Positions 18,520 through 27,445 of a DNA stretch of 36,009 bases are shown here, in pieces. Source of the DNA: Armatimonadota bacterium (GTDB lineage Bacteria > Armatimonadota > UBA10988). The notes beneath the pieces were generated by a model, which worked only from the letters and a program-made list of their open reading frames with translations, did no database searches and was not told the DNA's origin. The stretch lies in contig JACRKZ010000168.1 of assembly GCA_016235455.1 (NCBI GenBank), forward strand, positions 1 to 36,009, given 5' to 3'. Both the position numbers and the translations under genes were made by a program. Within the stretch, counting starts at the first letter, position 1. The number at the start of each line of letters is the position of its first letter.

Positions 18520-19692
18520 CTACCTCAGCCGCCCCACCGCCGCACACAAGCTCGCCGTCACATACGCGTTCTGCTCATCGCTCATGGCCGGGTGGATGGC
18601 CAGACACAGCAGCCGCTCGCCCAGCTCGTCGCTGCGCGGGCAACGCTGGCCGGCGGTGTGCTCGGCCAGCAGCCGGCGGGAGGCGTAGACCGGGCGGTTG
18701 GCAACCACGGCGCCCGCGCCATACTCCTCGTTGAGCATGGTCACCAGCCGGTCGCGCTTCTCGCCGGCCCAGGCGCGGTCGACCAGCACCGTGTACAAGT
18801 AGTAGCTGTGCCGGCAGTCGGCGGGCTCCACGGGTCGGGTGATCTCCGGCACATCGGCCAGCCAGGCGTCGCGCTGCTCCGCCAGACGGTGGCGCGCGTC
18901 CATGAAGCCCGGCAGCCGGCCGAGCTGCACCAGCCCGACCGCGGCCTGCACCTTGGTCATCACGTTGCTGGTGCCCCACTCCTCGATGGGCGCGCCGTAG
19001 AACCGCTGCGCACGGCACCAGGCGTCGATCTCGTCGTCGTCCGTGGTGACCATGCCGCCCTCACCCAAGGTGCTGATGTTCTTCATGGTGTGGAACGAGA
19101 AGACCGTGGCGCGGCCGTGCTTGCCAATGGGACAGCCCTTGTATTCGCCGCCGCAGGCGCGCGCGGCATCGCCCAGGATGGGCAGGCCGGGCGCGGCCGC
19201 TTGCAGGTCGTCCATGGGCGCCGACAGACCGTTGAAATGCACCGGGAAGACCGCGCGCGTGCGCGGCGTGATCTTCGCGGCGACATCCTCGGGGTCGAGC
19301 TGGAGCGTATCCTCGCGCACTTCGCCCCAGACGATCTGGCCGCCGGCGCCGTAGACCGCCAGCGGCGCGGCCTGGAAGTTGATGGCCGGCACAATGACCT
19401 CGTCGCCCGGCTGGAGCTTCAGCCAGCGCATGAGCATGTCCAGGCCGGGGCCGGCACTGTTGATCGCCACCGCGTGACGGCAGCCGACATACTCGGCGAA
19501 GGCCTGTTCGAAGGCCGCAATGGGTCCGGCGCCGAAACCGAATCCCACCGTGGGCTCCATCGACGAGCGGATGGCCGCCACCGCTGCCTCGATCTCCTCC
19601 TCGCCATAGGTGCCGCCGAGCAGCGGCTCACCTTGCCAAGGGGGATTGGGCTTGCCGCAGCGCAGTGCGGCGGCGACCTCCGCGGACGTCAT
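18520..19692 (-). CDS. DegT/DnrJ/EryC1/StrS PLP-dependent sugar aminotransferase
   Basis: ATG 19692 overlaps the upstream TGA (ATGA). Motifs FEQAFAEYVG..HAVA, PGDEVIVP, PVHFNG, DAA and FSFHTMKNISTLGEGGMVTT (PLP lysine). Confidence 0.9.
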   Translation of the reverse strand: MTSAEVAAALRCGKPNPPWQGEPLLGGTYGEEEIEAAVAAIRSSMEPTVGFGFGAGPIAAFEQAFAEYVGCRHAVAINSAGPGLDMLMRWLKLQPGDEVIVPAINFQAAPLAVYGAGGQIVWGEVREDTLQLDPEDVAAKITPRTRAVFPVHFNGLSAPMDDLQAAAPGLPILGDAARACGGEYKGCPIGKHGRATVFSFHTMKNISTLGEGGMVTTDDDEIDAWCRAQRFYGAPIEEWGTSNVMTKVQAAVGLVQLGRLPGFMDARHRLAEQRDAWLADVPEITRPVEPADCRHSYYLYTVLVDRAWAGEKRDRLVTMLNEEYGAGAVVANRPVYASRRLLAEHTAGQRCPRSDELGERLLCLAIHPAMSDEQNAYVTASLCAAVGRLR

Positions 19693-22145
19693 TTCGCAGC
19701 CACCTTCCACTCCAGCACACCGCCGGAGACACCGTCCTGGAGCTTGACCTCGACCCGTAGCACGGTGGTCGCCACGGGCTTGAACGACACGGTGTTGTAC
19801 TTGTCCTTGGCCACCCCGAAGACCTCCGTGGTTTCCACCGGCTTCCACTGGTCGCCGTCGCGATAGAGCAGCTTCCAGCTCGCCGGCACGCGGCACTGGC
19901 CGGCGCCGGTGTCATCGAACCAATAGAGCGAGACCGACCCGACCGTGCGCGGCGTCTTGCCGAAGCCGTACTCCAGCCACTCGTTGGTGCCGCGGTGGTC
20001 CCACCAGGTCATGCGCGGGATGTCGTGGTCGTTGCTGTTGGCCGGCTCGCGACCGTCGGCCACCGCCTCCACCGTGTCGTTGTCGAAGCAGTGCGAGGCA
20101 GTGATGGGTGACTGACCGGGCTCGGTCCACTCGGTGCCGTTGGGCGAGACCGTGGGGAACACGGCGATGCGCAGCCGCGCGGCGCCCATGGGAATGAGCG
20201 TCACCGTCTCGGTCGGCTCGGTGCTCTTGGCCGGGCTCTGCTGCAACACGGCGCACAGGCCGGTGCGGTCGAAGCCCCACTGCGGAATGCGGCGGGCCTT
20301 GGCCTTGATGCTGATCGGGGCGGTCTCGTGGGTGAACGGGTTGGCCGCCAGCGGGCCGGCCGCGCGCACCACCTCCAGGCCCCGGGTGGGATCGGCCGCG
20401 TCAAGCTCCAGTCCGTAGTTCCACGGCGTGGTGGGCATCAGGTCGAAGTCGGGCCAGGCCGCCGGGCGATTGCCGTACTCGACCCAGTTCTCGCCGATCT
20501 TGAGCGAGAACGACAGCGGGCCATGGTCGACGGTGACCGCGCCCTTCTGCGCGGCCCAGGTGCGTACGGCGGTCTTCTGCGGCAGCGTCAGCGTCACGGT
20601 ATCGCCATCGCGCCACTCGCGCGCTACCTTCAGGTAGCTGAGCGGTTCGCTCTTGATGGCTATGGCCTTGCCGTTGACCGCCAGCCGAGCGCCCTCGCAC
20701 CAACGCGGGATGCGCAGGTACAGCGGGAAGCTCACCGCTTCGGCCGTGGCGACCTTGAGCTCGACCGTCTCGGAGAATGGGTAGTCGGTGGTCTCGGTCA
20801 GCGTGACCTGCCGGTTGTCGGCGACCCTGGCCGTGACGGCGCTGGCCACGTAGAGCGACGCGCACAGACCACCGTCGGCACTGGCCAGCCAGCACTCCTC
20901 GGCGTAGTACGGCCAGCCATGGCTGACGTTATGCTGGCAGCAGCGATAGGTCTCCCAGGGGCTGTAGGAGAGCATCGTGCCGCCGTTCTGGATGCCCGGC
21001 GCGTGGTTGACGTGGTCCGACTGCGGCTCGTTGGCGGCGGTCAGGTAGCGCAGGCCCTTCTGGTCGGGCGTCAGGGCCGCGGGTAGCGTGTTGAAGGCCA
21101 GCTCCTCGCAGCGGTCGGCCCACAGCGGGTTGGCGGTCATGCGCGCGAGCATCTGGAAGCTGTGCATGCCCTCGACGATGGAGCAGGTTTCGAAGCCCTG
21201 GCGCGGGTCGGTGTAGCCCGGCCGGCAGTTCTCGTCGGCACCGAATCCGCCACCGGCGGTCTGGCCGTAGAGGCGCATGACCTCGTTGTACACGTGCTCG
21301 GAGGCGGCCAAATCGGCGTCCTGTCCGCTGAGCTGCCAGATCATGGCCGGCTCGCGGAAGCCCTGGGTCAAGTTCACGCCGTGCCAGTTGGCCACGCCCT
21401 TGTTCCACGGCGCGCTGTGCTCGTGCAGCTTGCGGGCCAGGTCCAGTAGCCATGCCTCGCCGGTGCGGTTGTACACCCACAGCACGCTCTCGATGTTGTC
21501 GCCCACGCGCATCTTGGGCCAGTAGCCCGCCACGAACCCGGCGCCCGCCGGCTCGGCGGCCTGCCACTTGAAGTAGCTGGTCATGAACGGGATGACCCGC
21601 GGGTCGCCGGTGGCCTCATGGAACGACTGCAGGATGTTGAGCATGACCATGTGCGGCCACAGGTCGGCGTGGCCGTCCAGGCTCTTCTTGAGGCCCTGCG
21701 GGCCAAACCAGCCGTCCGGCTCGGCGCTGGCCAGCACCGCCTCGATCCACTTGCGGGCCTCGCCAGTGATGACCTGGTCTTTGAGCACGTACCCCAGGTC
21801 ACCATAGCCCTTGAGCCAGTAGGGCAGCTCTTCCCAGCCGCTGTGCTGACCCTTGGGGTCGGCCCAGGCGTTGCCGTCCCACTTGAGCCAGGGCGAGATC
21901 TCGGCCAGCCGGCCGGTCATGCCCTTGGCCTCGTCGGCCAACATGCCGCGCACCCAGCCACGCGGCTCGATGCTGCCGATGGGCAGCCTGACCAGCCGCG
22001 TCGGCACCAGCGGCGCGCGGTTGGTCACGTAGTTGGCGGTCTGCCCGGCCGCGGCCAGCGCCGGCTGCTTGACGCAGGTCACCTCATCGGCGGCGCCGGC
22101 GGCAACGGCCGCCACCAGTGCGAGAGTCATGGCGAGGTAGTTCAT
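19689..22145 (-). CDS. Secreted GH127/GH146-like beta-L-arabinofuranosidase with C-terminal discoidin-like domain
   Basis: Signal peptide. Motifs WEELPYWLKG, HGVN, FETCSIVE, RCCQHNVSHGWP, ETTDYPF, LRIPRW and TLIPMGAARLRI. Confidence 0.85.
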   Translation of the reverse strand: MNYLAMTLALVAAVAAGAADEVTCVKQPALAAAGQTANYVTNRAPLVPTRLVRLPIGSIEPRGWVRGMLADEAKGMTGRLAEISPWLKWDGNAWADPKGQHSGWEELPYWLKGYGDLGYVLKDQVITGEARKWIEAVLASAEPDGWFGPQGLKKSLDGHADLWPHMVMLNILQSFHEATGDPRVIPFMTSYFKWQAAEPAGAGFVAGYWPKMRVGDNIESVLWVYNRTGEAWLLDLARKLHEHSAPWNKGVANWHGVNLTQGFREPAMIWQLSGQDADLAASEHVYNEVMRLYGQTAGGGFGADENCRPGYTDPRQGFETCSIVEGMHSFQMLARMTANPLWADRCEELAFNTLPAALTPDQKGLRYLTAANEPQSDHVNHAPGIQNGGTMLSYSPWETYRCCQHNVSHGWPYYAEECWLASADGGLCASLYVASAVTARVADNRQVTLTETTDYPFSETVELKVATAEAVSFPLYLRIPRWCEGARLAVNGKAIAIKSEPLSYLKVAREWRDGDTVTLTLPQKTAVRTWAAQKGAVTVDHGPLSFSLKIGENWVEYGNRPAAWPDFDLMPTTPWNYGLELDAADPTRGLEVVRAAGPLAANPFTHETAPISIKAKARRIPQWGFDRTGLCAVLQQSPAKSTEPTETVTLIPMGAARLRIAVFPTVSPNGTEWTEPGQSPITASHCFDNDTVEAVADGREPANSNDHDIPRMTWWDHRGTNEWLEYGFGKTPRTVGSVSLYWFDDTGAGQCRVPASWKLLYRDGDQWKPVETTEVFGVAKDKYNTVSFKPVATTVLRVEVKLQDGVSGGVLEWKVAAK

Positions 22146-22155
22146 CGTGCTCGTC

Positions 22156-24504
22156 CTAATCGACTTTCCATTCGAGAATGCCGCCCGACACCTCGGGCTT
22201 GAGCTTGACGTCGATGCGCAGCGCGGTGGTCTTCACTGGCTCGAACTCGAGCTGGTTGTAAGCGTCGAGCGCCGTGCCCAGCGGGCCCTTGGCCGTCACC
22301 GGCTTCCATTGGTCGCCGTCGCGGTAGCTCAGCGTCCAGCTCGCCGGCACACGGCAGCTGCCCGCGCCGCTGTCGTCGAACCAGTAGACGCTGACCTTGG
22401 ACACCGTGCGCGCCTCGGCCCAGTCGTACTGTGCCCACTCGCTGGTGCCGCGGTGGTCCCACCAGGTCAGGCGCGGAATGCTGGTGTCGCCCGACCTGGT
22501 CGGCTCCACCTGGTCGTGGAGCGCGTCCACGCTGTCCATCTGCCAGCAGTGCGAGGTGCTGGCCTTGGCCAGAGCGGCCGCGGTGGGCTTGGGCAAGGGG
22601 TCGGCGTGCTCGGCGTCCACCGGCAGCCACACCGCCATGGGCCCGGCGGCGCGGTTGTCCCAGGCGTAGTACGGCACGGCCGTCAAGTTCACCGGGCGTG
22701 GCGCGTCGTCGCGCACGGCCACCTGGGCCTGACCACGAAGGACGGTCACGCCGCCCAACAGGCCGGGCGCGCGCTCGGCCGTCAGTTCCGCGCCGGCGGG
22801 CAGGTAGAGGTGCCGCGCCTCGGGCGTATCGACGCCTTCCACGCAGTAGACGATGGGCCCGCGCTGCAGCGCCACCCGACCCTCGTCGGCCTTGACCTGG
22901 GCGTTGGCCACCACGCGCAGCACGGGCATGGGCAGGTTCAGCTCCAGCGTGTCGCCAGCCTTCCAGGCGCGCTTGACCTTGGCGTAGCCCTGCGTCGGGT
23001 CGACCTCGACCGCCTTGCCGTTGACGCTCAGGGCGATGGGACCGCTGGCGCCTTCGGCGAAGCGGTACAGATCGCTCGGCACGGCCTCATGGCGGGCCCA
23101 GCCGGGCAGACGCAAGGCCAGCGTGGTGTCGGCGGCCGGTGCGGCCGTCACGGTCAGCTTGATGCGGCCGTCCCACGGGTAGTCGGTGACCTGTTCCAGC
23201 TTCATCTCGCCGGCTTTGAGGGCGATGGTCGCGCTGCCGGCGGCGTAGAGGTTCACGTAGACCGAGTCGTCGGTCTGGGCGTACTGGTAGCCGCCGACGC
23301 TGGGCAGGAAGCGCGTGACGTTGGTCGGGCAGCAGGCACAGCCGAACCAAGCCTGGCGATGGTGCGCGCCACGGCTGCCCAGCGGGTTGACGTAGAAGAA
23401 GTGGTCGCCGGCCAGCGACACACCCGAGATCAGACCGTTGTACATGGCCCGCTCGAGCACATCGGCGTACTTGGCCTCGCCGTGCAGCAGGTTGAGCCGG
23501 TGGTTCCACAGCGCCATGCCGATGCTGGCACACGTCTCGGCGTAGGCGCTGTCGTTGGGCAGGTCGTAGGCAACCGTGAAGCCCTCGTTCTGCGCCGACG
23601 GGCCAATGCCGCCGGTGATGTACATCTTGCGGCCGACCACGTCGTTCCACACGCGGTCGGTGGCGGCCATCAAGTCCTTGTCGCCCAGGCGCGCCGCCAC
23701 ATCGGCCACGCCCGACCAGTTGTACATGCCGCGCACGGCGTGGCCCACGATCTCGCTCTGCTCGCGCAGGGGCTTCTGGTCCTGGTCGTAGTCGCCGGTG
23801 AGCTTGCGGTTCGTGCCGACGCCTCGCTCATTGACCCAGAACGTGGCCAGATCGAGGTAGCGCTTGGTGCCGGTCACCTCATAGAGCTTGACCAGCGCCA
23901 GCTCGCACTCCTGATGGCCCGGTACGCTGGTGTTCTTGCCTGGCCCGAACCGCGTGCACAAATGGTCGGCGAGGCGCGTGGCGACATCAAGGAACGTGCG
24001 CTTGCCCGTGGCGCGGAAGTAGGCCACGGCGGCCTCGAACAGGTGGCCCGCGCAGTAGGTTTCGTGCATCTGCGGCTCGTCGGTGAAGCGCTTGTCGAGC
24101 TCGCGGCGTACCGTGTAGTAGCAGTAGAGATAGCCATCGGGCTGCTGCGCCGCGGCGATGCGGGCGATGATGCTGTCGGTCAGCTTCTCCAGCTCTGGGT
24201 CGCGCGTCTGGTGCAGCGAGTAGGCGGCGCCCTCGATGACCTTGTAGACATCGGAGTCGTCGAAGAATGTGCCCTCGAACCCGCCGCCGAGTTTGCCCGC
24301 CGCGCGGTCGAAGTTGCGGATGCGGCCGGTCTCCTCGCAGGAGCGGAAGTTGTGCGGCAGCACCGTCTCGCGGTTCAGCTTGATGCGCGGCGCCCAGAAG
24401 CTATCGGACAGCCGCACACTGGTGAACGGCACAGCCCGCAGCGTCTCGGCGCCGGCACCCGTCATCACCGCCAGCGTCAGGCAGCCGGCCAACCATCGTC
24501 CCAT
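22156..24504 (-). CDS. Secreted GH127 beta-L-arabinofuranosidase with C-terminal discoidin-like domain
   Basis: GGAG RBS precedes ATG 24504, followed by a signal peptide. Motifs DSDVYKVIE, HETYCAGHLFEAAVA, GHAVR, MYITGGIG, YAETCAS, CACCPTN and ALQRGPIVYC. Confidence 0.92.
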   Translation of the reverse strand: MGRWLAGCLTLAVMTGAGAETLRAVPFTSVRLSDSFWAPRIKLNRETVLPHNFRSCEETGRIRNFDRAAGKLGGGFEGTFFDDSDVYKVIEGAAYSLHQTRDPELEKLTDSIIARIAAAQQPDGYLYCYYTVRRELDKRFTDEPQMHETYCAGHLFEAAVAYFRATGKRTFLDVATRLADHLCTRFGPGKNTSVPGHQECELALVKLYEVTGTKRYLDLATFWVNERGVGTNRKLTGDYDQDQKPLREQSEIVGHAVRGMYNWSGVADVAARLGDKDLMAATDRVWNDVVGRKMYITGGIGPSAQNEGFTVAYDLPNDSAYAETCASIGMALWNHRLNLLHGEAKYADVLERAMYNGLISGVSLAGDHFFYVNPLGSRGAHHRQAWFGCACCPTNVTRFLPSVGGYQYAQTDDSVYVNLYAAGSATIALKAGEMKLEQVTDYPWDGRIKLTVTAAPAADTTLALRLPGWARHEAVPSDLYRFAEGASGPIALSVNGKAVEVDPTQGYAKVKRAWKAGDTLELNLPMPVLRVVANAQVKADEGRVALQRGPIVYCVEGVDTPEARHLYLPAGAELTAERAPGLLGGVTVLRGQAQVAVRDDAPRPVNLTAVPYYAWDNRAAGPMAVWLPVDAEHADPLPKPTAAALAKASTSHCWQMDSVDALHDQVEPTRSGDTSIPRLTWWDHRGTSEWAQYDWAEARTVSKVSVYWFDDSGAGSCRVPASWTLSYRDGDQWKPVTAKGPLGTALDAYNQLEFEPVKTTALRIDVKLKPEVSGGILEWKVD

Positions 24505-24595
24505 GACTTGTCTCCGGGGCCAAGTGTGCCCGGAAACAGGCTTCGGGATCAAGCCGGCAAAGCGTTCTTGTGGTTTGCGGATCCGATTGTGCCCC

Positions 24596-24680
24596 TGGTG
24601 GCACCGGCCTCCTGGCCGGTGATTCGAAGGCGGGTCAGTGCGGCTCCGAGCAATCACTGGCCGGGAGGCCGGTGCCACCA
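24596..24680. repeat. REP doublet (REPIN-like) at the RAYT 3' end
   Basis: 24596-24624 tggtggcaccggcctcctggccggtgatt and its inverted copy at 24652-24680 (2 mismatches). Consensus REP = GTGG tetranucleotide + CACCGGCC-TCCT-GGCCGGTG hairpin. Confidence 0.9.
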
Positions 24681-25282
24681 CAGTATGGCCAGTCGCGCAA
24701 GCCGGCGCGCCGCGGGTTCGACAGGATGTACGCCGCGAAGTGGTCAAACGCACTTTGCCGGCGGACCAGATGGTCGAACGATTCCTTCTGCCACAGCGCA
24801 CCGCGTCGGCCGACCAGCCGATTGACGCCGGTCGCGGCGAAGGTCCTCCAGGAATGCAGCACCGACGAGAGCGAGTGCAGCGCCAGGGGCTCAACCATCA
24901 CATGGACATGGTTGGGCATGACGCACCAGGCCCACAGCCGGTACCGCTCGCCGTCGAAGTGGCGCAAGGTGTTGGCCACCTGCGCCGCGCACTCGGGCCG
25001 GCCCAGCCAGCACGCACCATGACCCAGGTCGAGGTGGGCCTCGATGTGCTGGGTGTAGAGCCGCCGCGTTTGCCGCTCGCGTGCCGTGTCGTCCAGCGAC
25101 TCGTCGCGGAGCAACTCTGCCCGCTCGCGCTCCCAAGCCGCCAGCACCGCCTCGGGCAGGGAATCGGCCAGTCGGAAGGTGACGTAGTAGGTCGCGCCCG
25201 CTTGCGACCAGTGCGGCAGGTTGGCGCCGTGCCGGCGAGCCGTCTCGCTGTCGGGATCGTAGAACCCCGGCCCAGAAGCCAT
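24635..25282 (-). CDS. REP-associated tyrosine transposase (RAYT/TnpA-REP, Y1 HUH)
   Basis: Motifs NLPHW..ATYYVTFRLADSLP, WCVMPNHVHVMV (HUH) and LWQKESFDHLVR...AYILSNP (catalytic Tyr). Confidence 0.92.
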   Translation of the reverse strand: MASGPGFYDPDSETARRHGANLPHWSQAGATYYVTFRLADSLPEAVLAAWERERAELLRDESLDDTARERQTRRLYTQHIEAHLDLGHGACWLGRPECAAQVANTLRHFDGERYRLWAWCVMPNHVHVMVEPLALHSLSSVLHSWRTFAATGVNRLVGRRGALWQKESFDHLVRRQSAFDHFAAYILSNPRRAGLRDWPYCGGTGLPASDCSEPH

Positions 25283-25307
25283 CGTAGCCCCCCAGACCAG
25301 TCACCAA

Positions 25308-25398
25308 CCCTGGTGGCACCGGCCTCCTGGCCGGTGATTGGCGCGAGCGGTGCCGATCCGCGGGCCAATGACCGGCCAGGAGGCCGGTGCCACCAGGG
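25308..25398. repeat. REP doublet (REPIN-like) upstream of RAYT
   Basis: 35-bp arms at 25308-25342 and 25364-25398 are reverse complements with 1 mismatch, separated by a 21-nt spacer. Confidence 0.92.
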
Positions 25399-25400
25399 CT

Positions 25401-26363
25401 TCAGTCGCGCAGATCCAGCCAGGCGCACTCAGCCTCGGTCAGCACCACCTCCGCCGCGGCCACATTGGCCTCGAGCTCGGCCCGGCTGGCCGCACCGATC
25501 AGCGGATAGAGGTTCAGCGGCTGGTTGAGCACGTAGGCCGTCGCCACCTGCGCGACCGTCAGGCCCTTCGCCGCGGCCATCTGCTCGGCGCGGTCAAGGC
25601 GCTGGAAGTTGACCTCATGGCAGTACGCGCGCAGGCACGCGCCGTCGATCTGGTCGCGCGTGGCCTCGAAGTTGGCGCGCGTGATGCGTCCCGAGAAGAA
25701 CCCGCGGCCCAGGCTCGAATAGGCAAAGATCGGCATCCCCGTGGTCTGATACCAGGCGCGCGCCTCGACCTGACCGGGCCCGCTGATGCCCACGCAACCG
25801 GGCCCCCACGGGTCGTCGACCTGCTCGGCCAGACTGTAGTGCGGGCTACTGGCGGCCATCGGTGTCAGGCCGTGCGCCGCCGCGTAGTCGTTGGCCGCCG
25901 CTAGCCGCTGATGCGTCCAGTTGCTGCCGCCAAAGGCCCGGATGCGCCCAGCCTTCTGGTGCTCGCACAGCGCGTCGACGATCTCGCCCACCGGCACGTC
26001 CTCGTCGTCGCGATGCAGCAGGTAGATGTCCACATAATCGGTCTTCAGCCGGGCCAGCGAGTCCAGCAGGTCGGAGCCGATGTCGTACGGCGTGACCCGC
26101 CGGCGGTCGCCGTTGGGGTGCGCGCCCTTGGTCATGACGCAGACCTGCTCGCGATTGCCGCGCTCGCGCAGCCAGTTGCCCACGGCGCGCTCGGTGCCAC
26201 CGCCGCCGTAGACGTGCGCCAGGTCCAGCGTGCTGACGCCCAGGTCCAGCGCGTCGTCGAGTAGTTGGTTGCTTTCGGTCTGGCGACTGTCGTGGATGAT
26301 CATCGTGCCCAGGACCAGCTTCGACACGGGTTTGCTAACGCCGGCCACGTTGCCGTACTTCAT
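25401..26363 (-). CDS. Aldo/keto reductase
   Basis: ATG 26363 (MKYGNVAG..SKLVLGT). Motifs DLAHVYGGG..ER, TKG, SLARLKTDYVDIYLLHRDD, IRAFGGSNW, AYSSLGRG and PLIGA. Confidence 0.92.
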   Translation of the reverse strand: MKYGNVAGVSKPVSKLVLGTMIIHDSRQTESNQLLDDALDLGVSTLDLAHVYGGGGTERAVGNWLRERGNREQVCVMTKGAHPNGDRRRVTPYDIGSDLLDSLARLKTDYVDIYLLHRDDEDVPVGEIVDALCEHQKAGRIRAFGGSNWTHQRLAAANDYAAAHGLTPMAASSPHYSLAEQVDDPWGPGCVGISGPGQVEARAWYQTTGMPIFAYSSLGRGFFSGRITRANFEATRDQIDGACLRAYCHEVNFQRLDRAEQMAAAKGLTVAQVATAYVLNQPLNLYPLIGAASRAELEANVAAAEVVLTEAECAWLDLRD

Positions 26364-26368
26364 GACGG

Positions 26369-27265
26369 TTACTCCATCGGGTAGCGCAGGCCCCACTGGG
26401 CACGCAGGTCGTCCATGGCGCCGGCGATGGCCAGCGTCTCGTCCAGCGGCATGACCGGGCTCTCGGTCAGCCCGGCGGCCATGCAGCGCTGCACCTCCCG
26501 CGCCTGGTACTCGAAGCCGTTGCCGTCGTGCGGCAAGTCCACGGTCACGGCCTCCTGACCCTCGGCGTACAGCGTGGCGCGGCTGCCGTTCCAGTAGCTG
26601 GGCACGATGATGCGGCCGGCGTAGCCAGCCACCTCGTCGACACCGCTCGCGCCGAGCGTGGCCAGGCCCACGGCCTTGGTGGGCAGCGCACCGAACAGCA
26701 TGTTGGCGTAGGCGATCGTGTAGACGCCGACATCGAGCAGGCCGCCGCCGGCCAGGGCCGGGCTGAACAGCCGGCTGTCGGGGTTGAACCCAGCGCGGAA
26801 GGCGAAATCGATGGTAGCCAGGTGTGGCACACCGATGGCGCCCTCGGCGACCCAGGCACTCACCTGCCGGCTGACCGGCAGGAAGCGCGTCCACATGGCC
26901 TCCATGAGGAACACGCCTCGCTCGCGCGCCAGTCTGATGGTGGCTTCGGCGCTGGCGCGGTTGACCGCGAACGGCTTCTCGCACAGCGTCGGCCGGCCGG
27001 CGGCGATGGCCAGGCGCACGGCCGACTCGTGCATGGGATGCGGCGTGGCCACGTAGACCGCGTCGATGCCGGCGTCGTTGACCAGCGCTTCGTAGCCCTC
27101 AATGGCTCGCGCCGCGCCGGTGTCCTTGGCGAACGACTCGGCCTTGGCCAGCTCGCGCGAGGCCACGGCGGCCAACTCGGCGCCCGGCACGGCGCTCAGG
27201 CAGCCGGCGAACTTGCGCGCGATGTTCCCGCATCCGATGATGCCCCAGCGTACGATTTCGGGCAT
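26369..27265 (-). CDS. Gfo/Idh/MocA family oxidoreductase, possibly with an in-frame deletion in the C-terminal domain
   Basis: Motifs VRWGIIGCGNIA, VYVATPH, LCEKPFA, FLMEAMWTRFLP and GGGLLDVGVY. ATG 27265 follows GGAGGAAGG. Confidence 0.88.
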   Translation of the reverse strand: MPEIVRWGIIGCGNIARKFAGCLSAVPGAELAAVASRELAKAESFAKDTGAARAIEGYEALVNDAGIDAVYVATPHPMHESAVRLAIAAGRPTLCEKPFAVNRASAEATIRLARERGVFLMEAMWTRFLPVSRQVSAWVAEGAIGVPHLATIDFAFRAGFNPDSRLFSPALAGGGLLDVGVYTIAYANMLFGALPTKAVGLATLGASGVDEVAGYAGRIIVPSYWNGSRATLYAEGQEAVTVDLPHDGNGFEYQAREVQRCMAAGLTESPVMPLDETLAIAGAMDDLRAQWGLRYPME

Positions 27266-27445
27266 TGAACCTTCCTCCGGTCTCGACGGCGAAGCATAGC
27301 GCGGCACGGCATGGATGCCAAGGGCGGATTGGCGGCCCGATGTGGGTGACGCACGTTCTGTTACGAGCGTCCCCTTGCCCAGTGGCGGAGCAGACCCATA
27401 CTGCTCCGAACTGGGAACACCTCAATGCCGACAGGAGTAGTGAAC

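Larger units (their letters stand above)
24593..25398. mobile_element. RAYT locus: REP-associated tyrosine transposase flanked on both sides by inverted REP doublets
   Basis: Y1 HUH transposase gene with four copies of TGGTGGCACCGGCCTCCTGGCCGGTGATT, arranged as two inverted pairs. Confidence 0.85.

Noticed and set aside
22147-24825. Long antisense ORFs (also 10171-12669, 4227-6149, 16387-17814, 426-1781)
   Set aside because: They lie opposite genes with clear family motifs and have no recognisable motifs of their own. Such shadow ORFs are expected at high GC.
24504-24894. N-terminal extension of GH127 running through the REPs and the RAYT gene
   Set aside because: The RBS and signal peptide at ATG 24504 mark the real start.
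24593-25398. REP copies as CRISPR repeats or IS terminal inverted repeats
   Set aside because: They are inverted pairs rather than a direct repeat-spacer array. There are no cas genes, no evident target-site duplication, and the enzyme is HUH rather than DDE.
25401-26984. 527-aa ORF suggesting an N-terminally extended or fused aldo/keto reductase
   Set aside because: The extension is an off-frame read of the Gfo/Idh/MocA gene. The AKR starts at ATG 26363.
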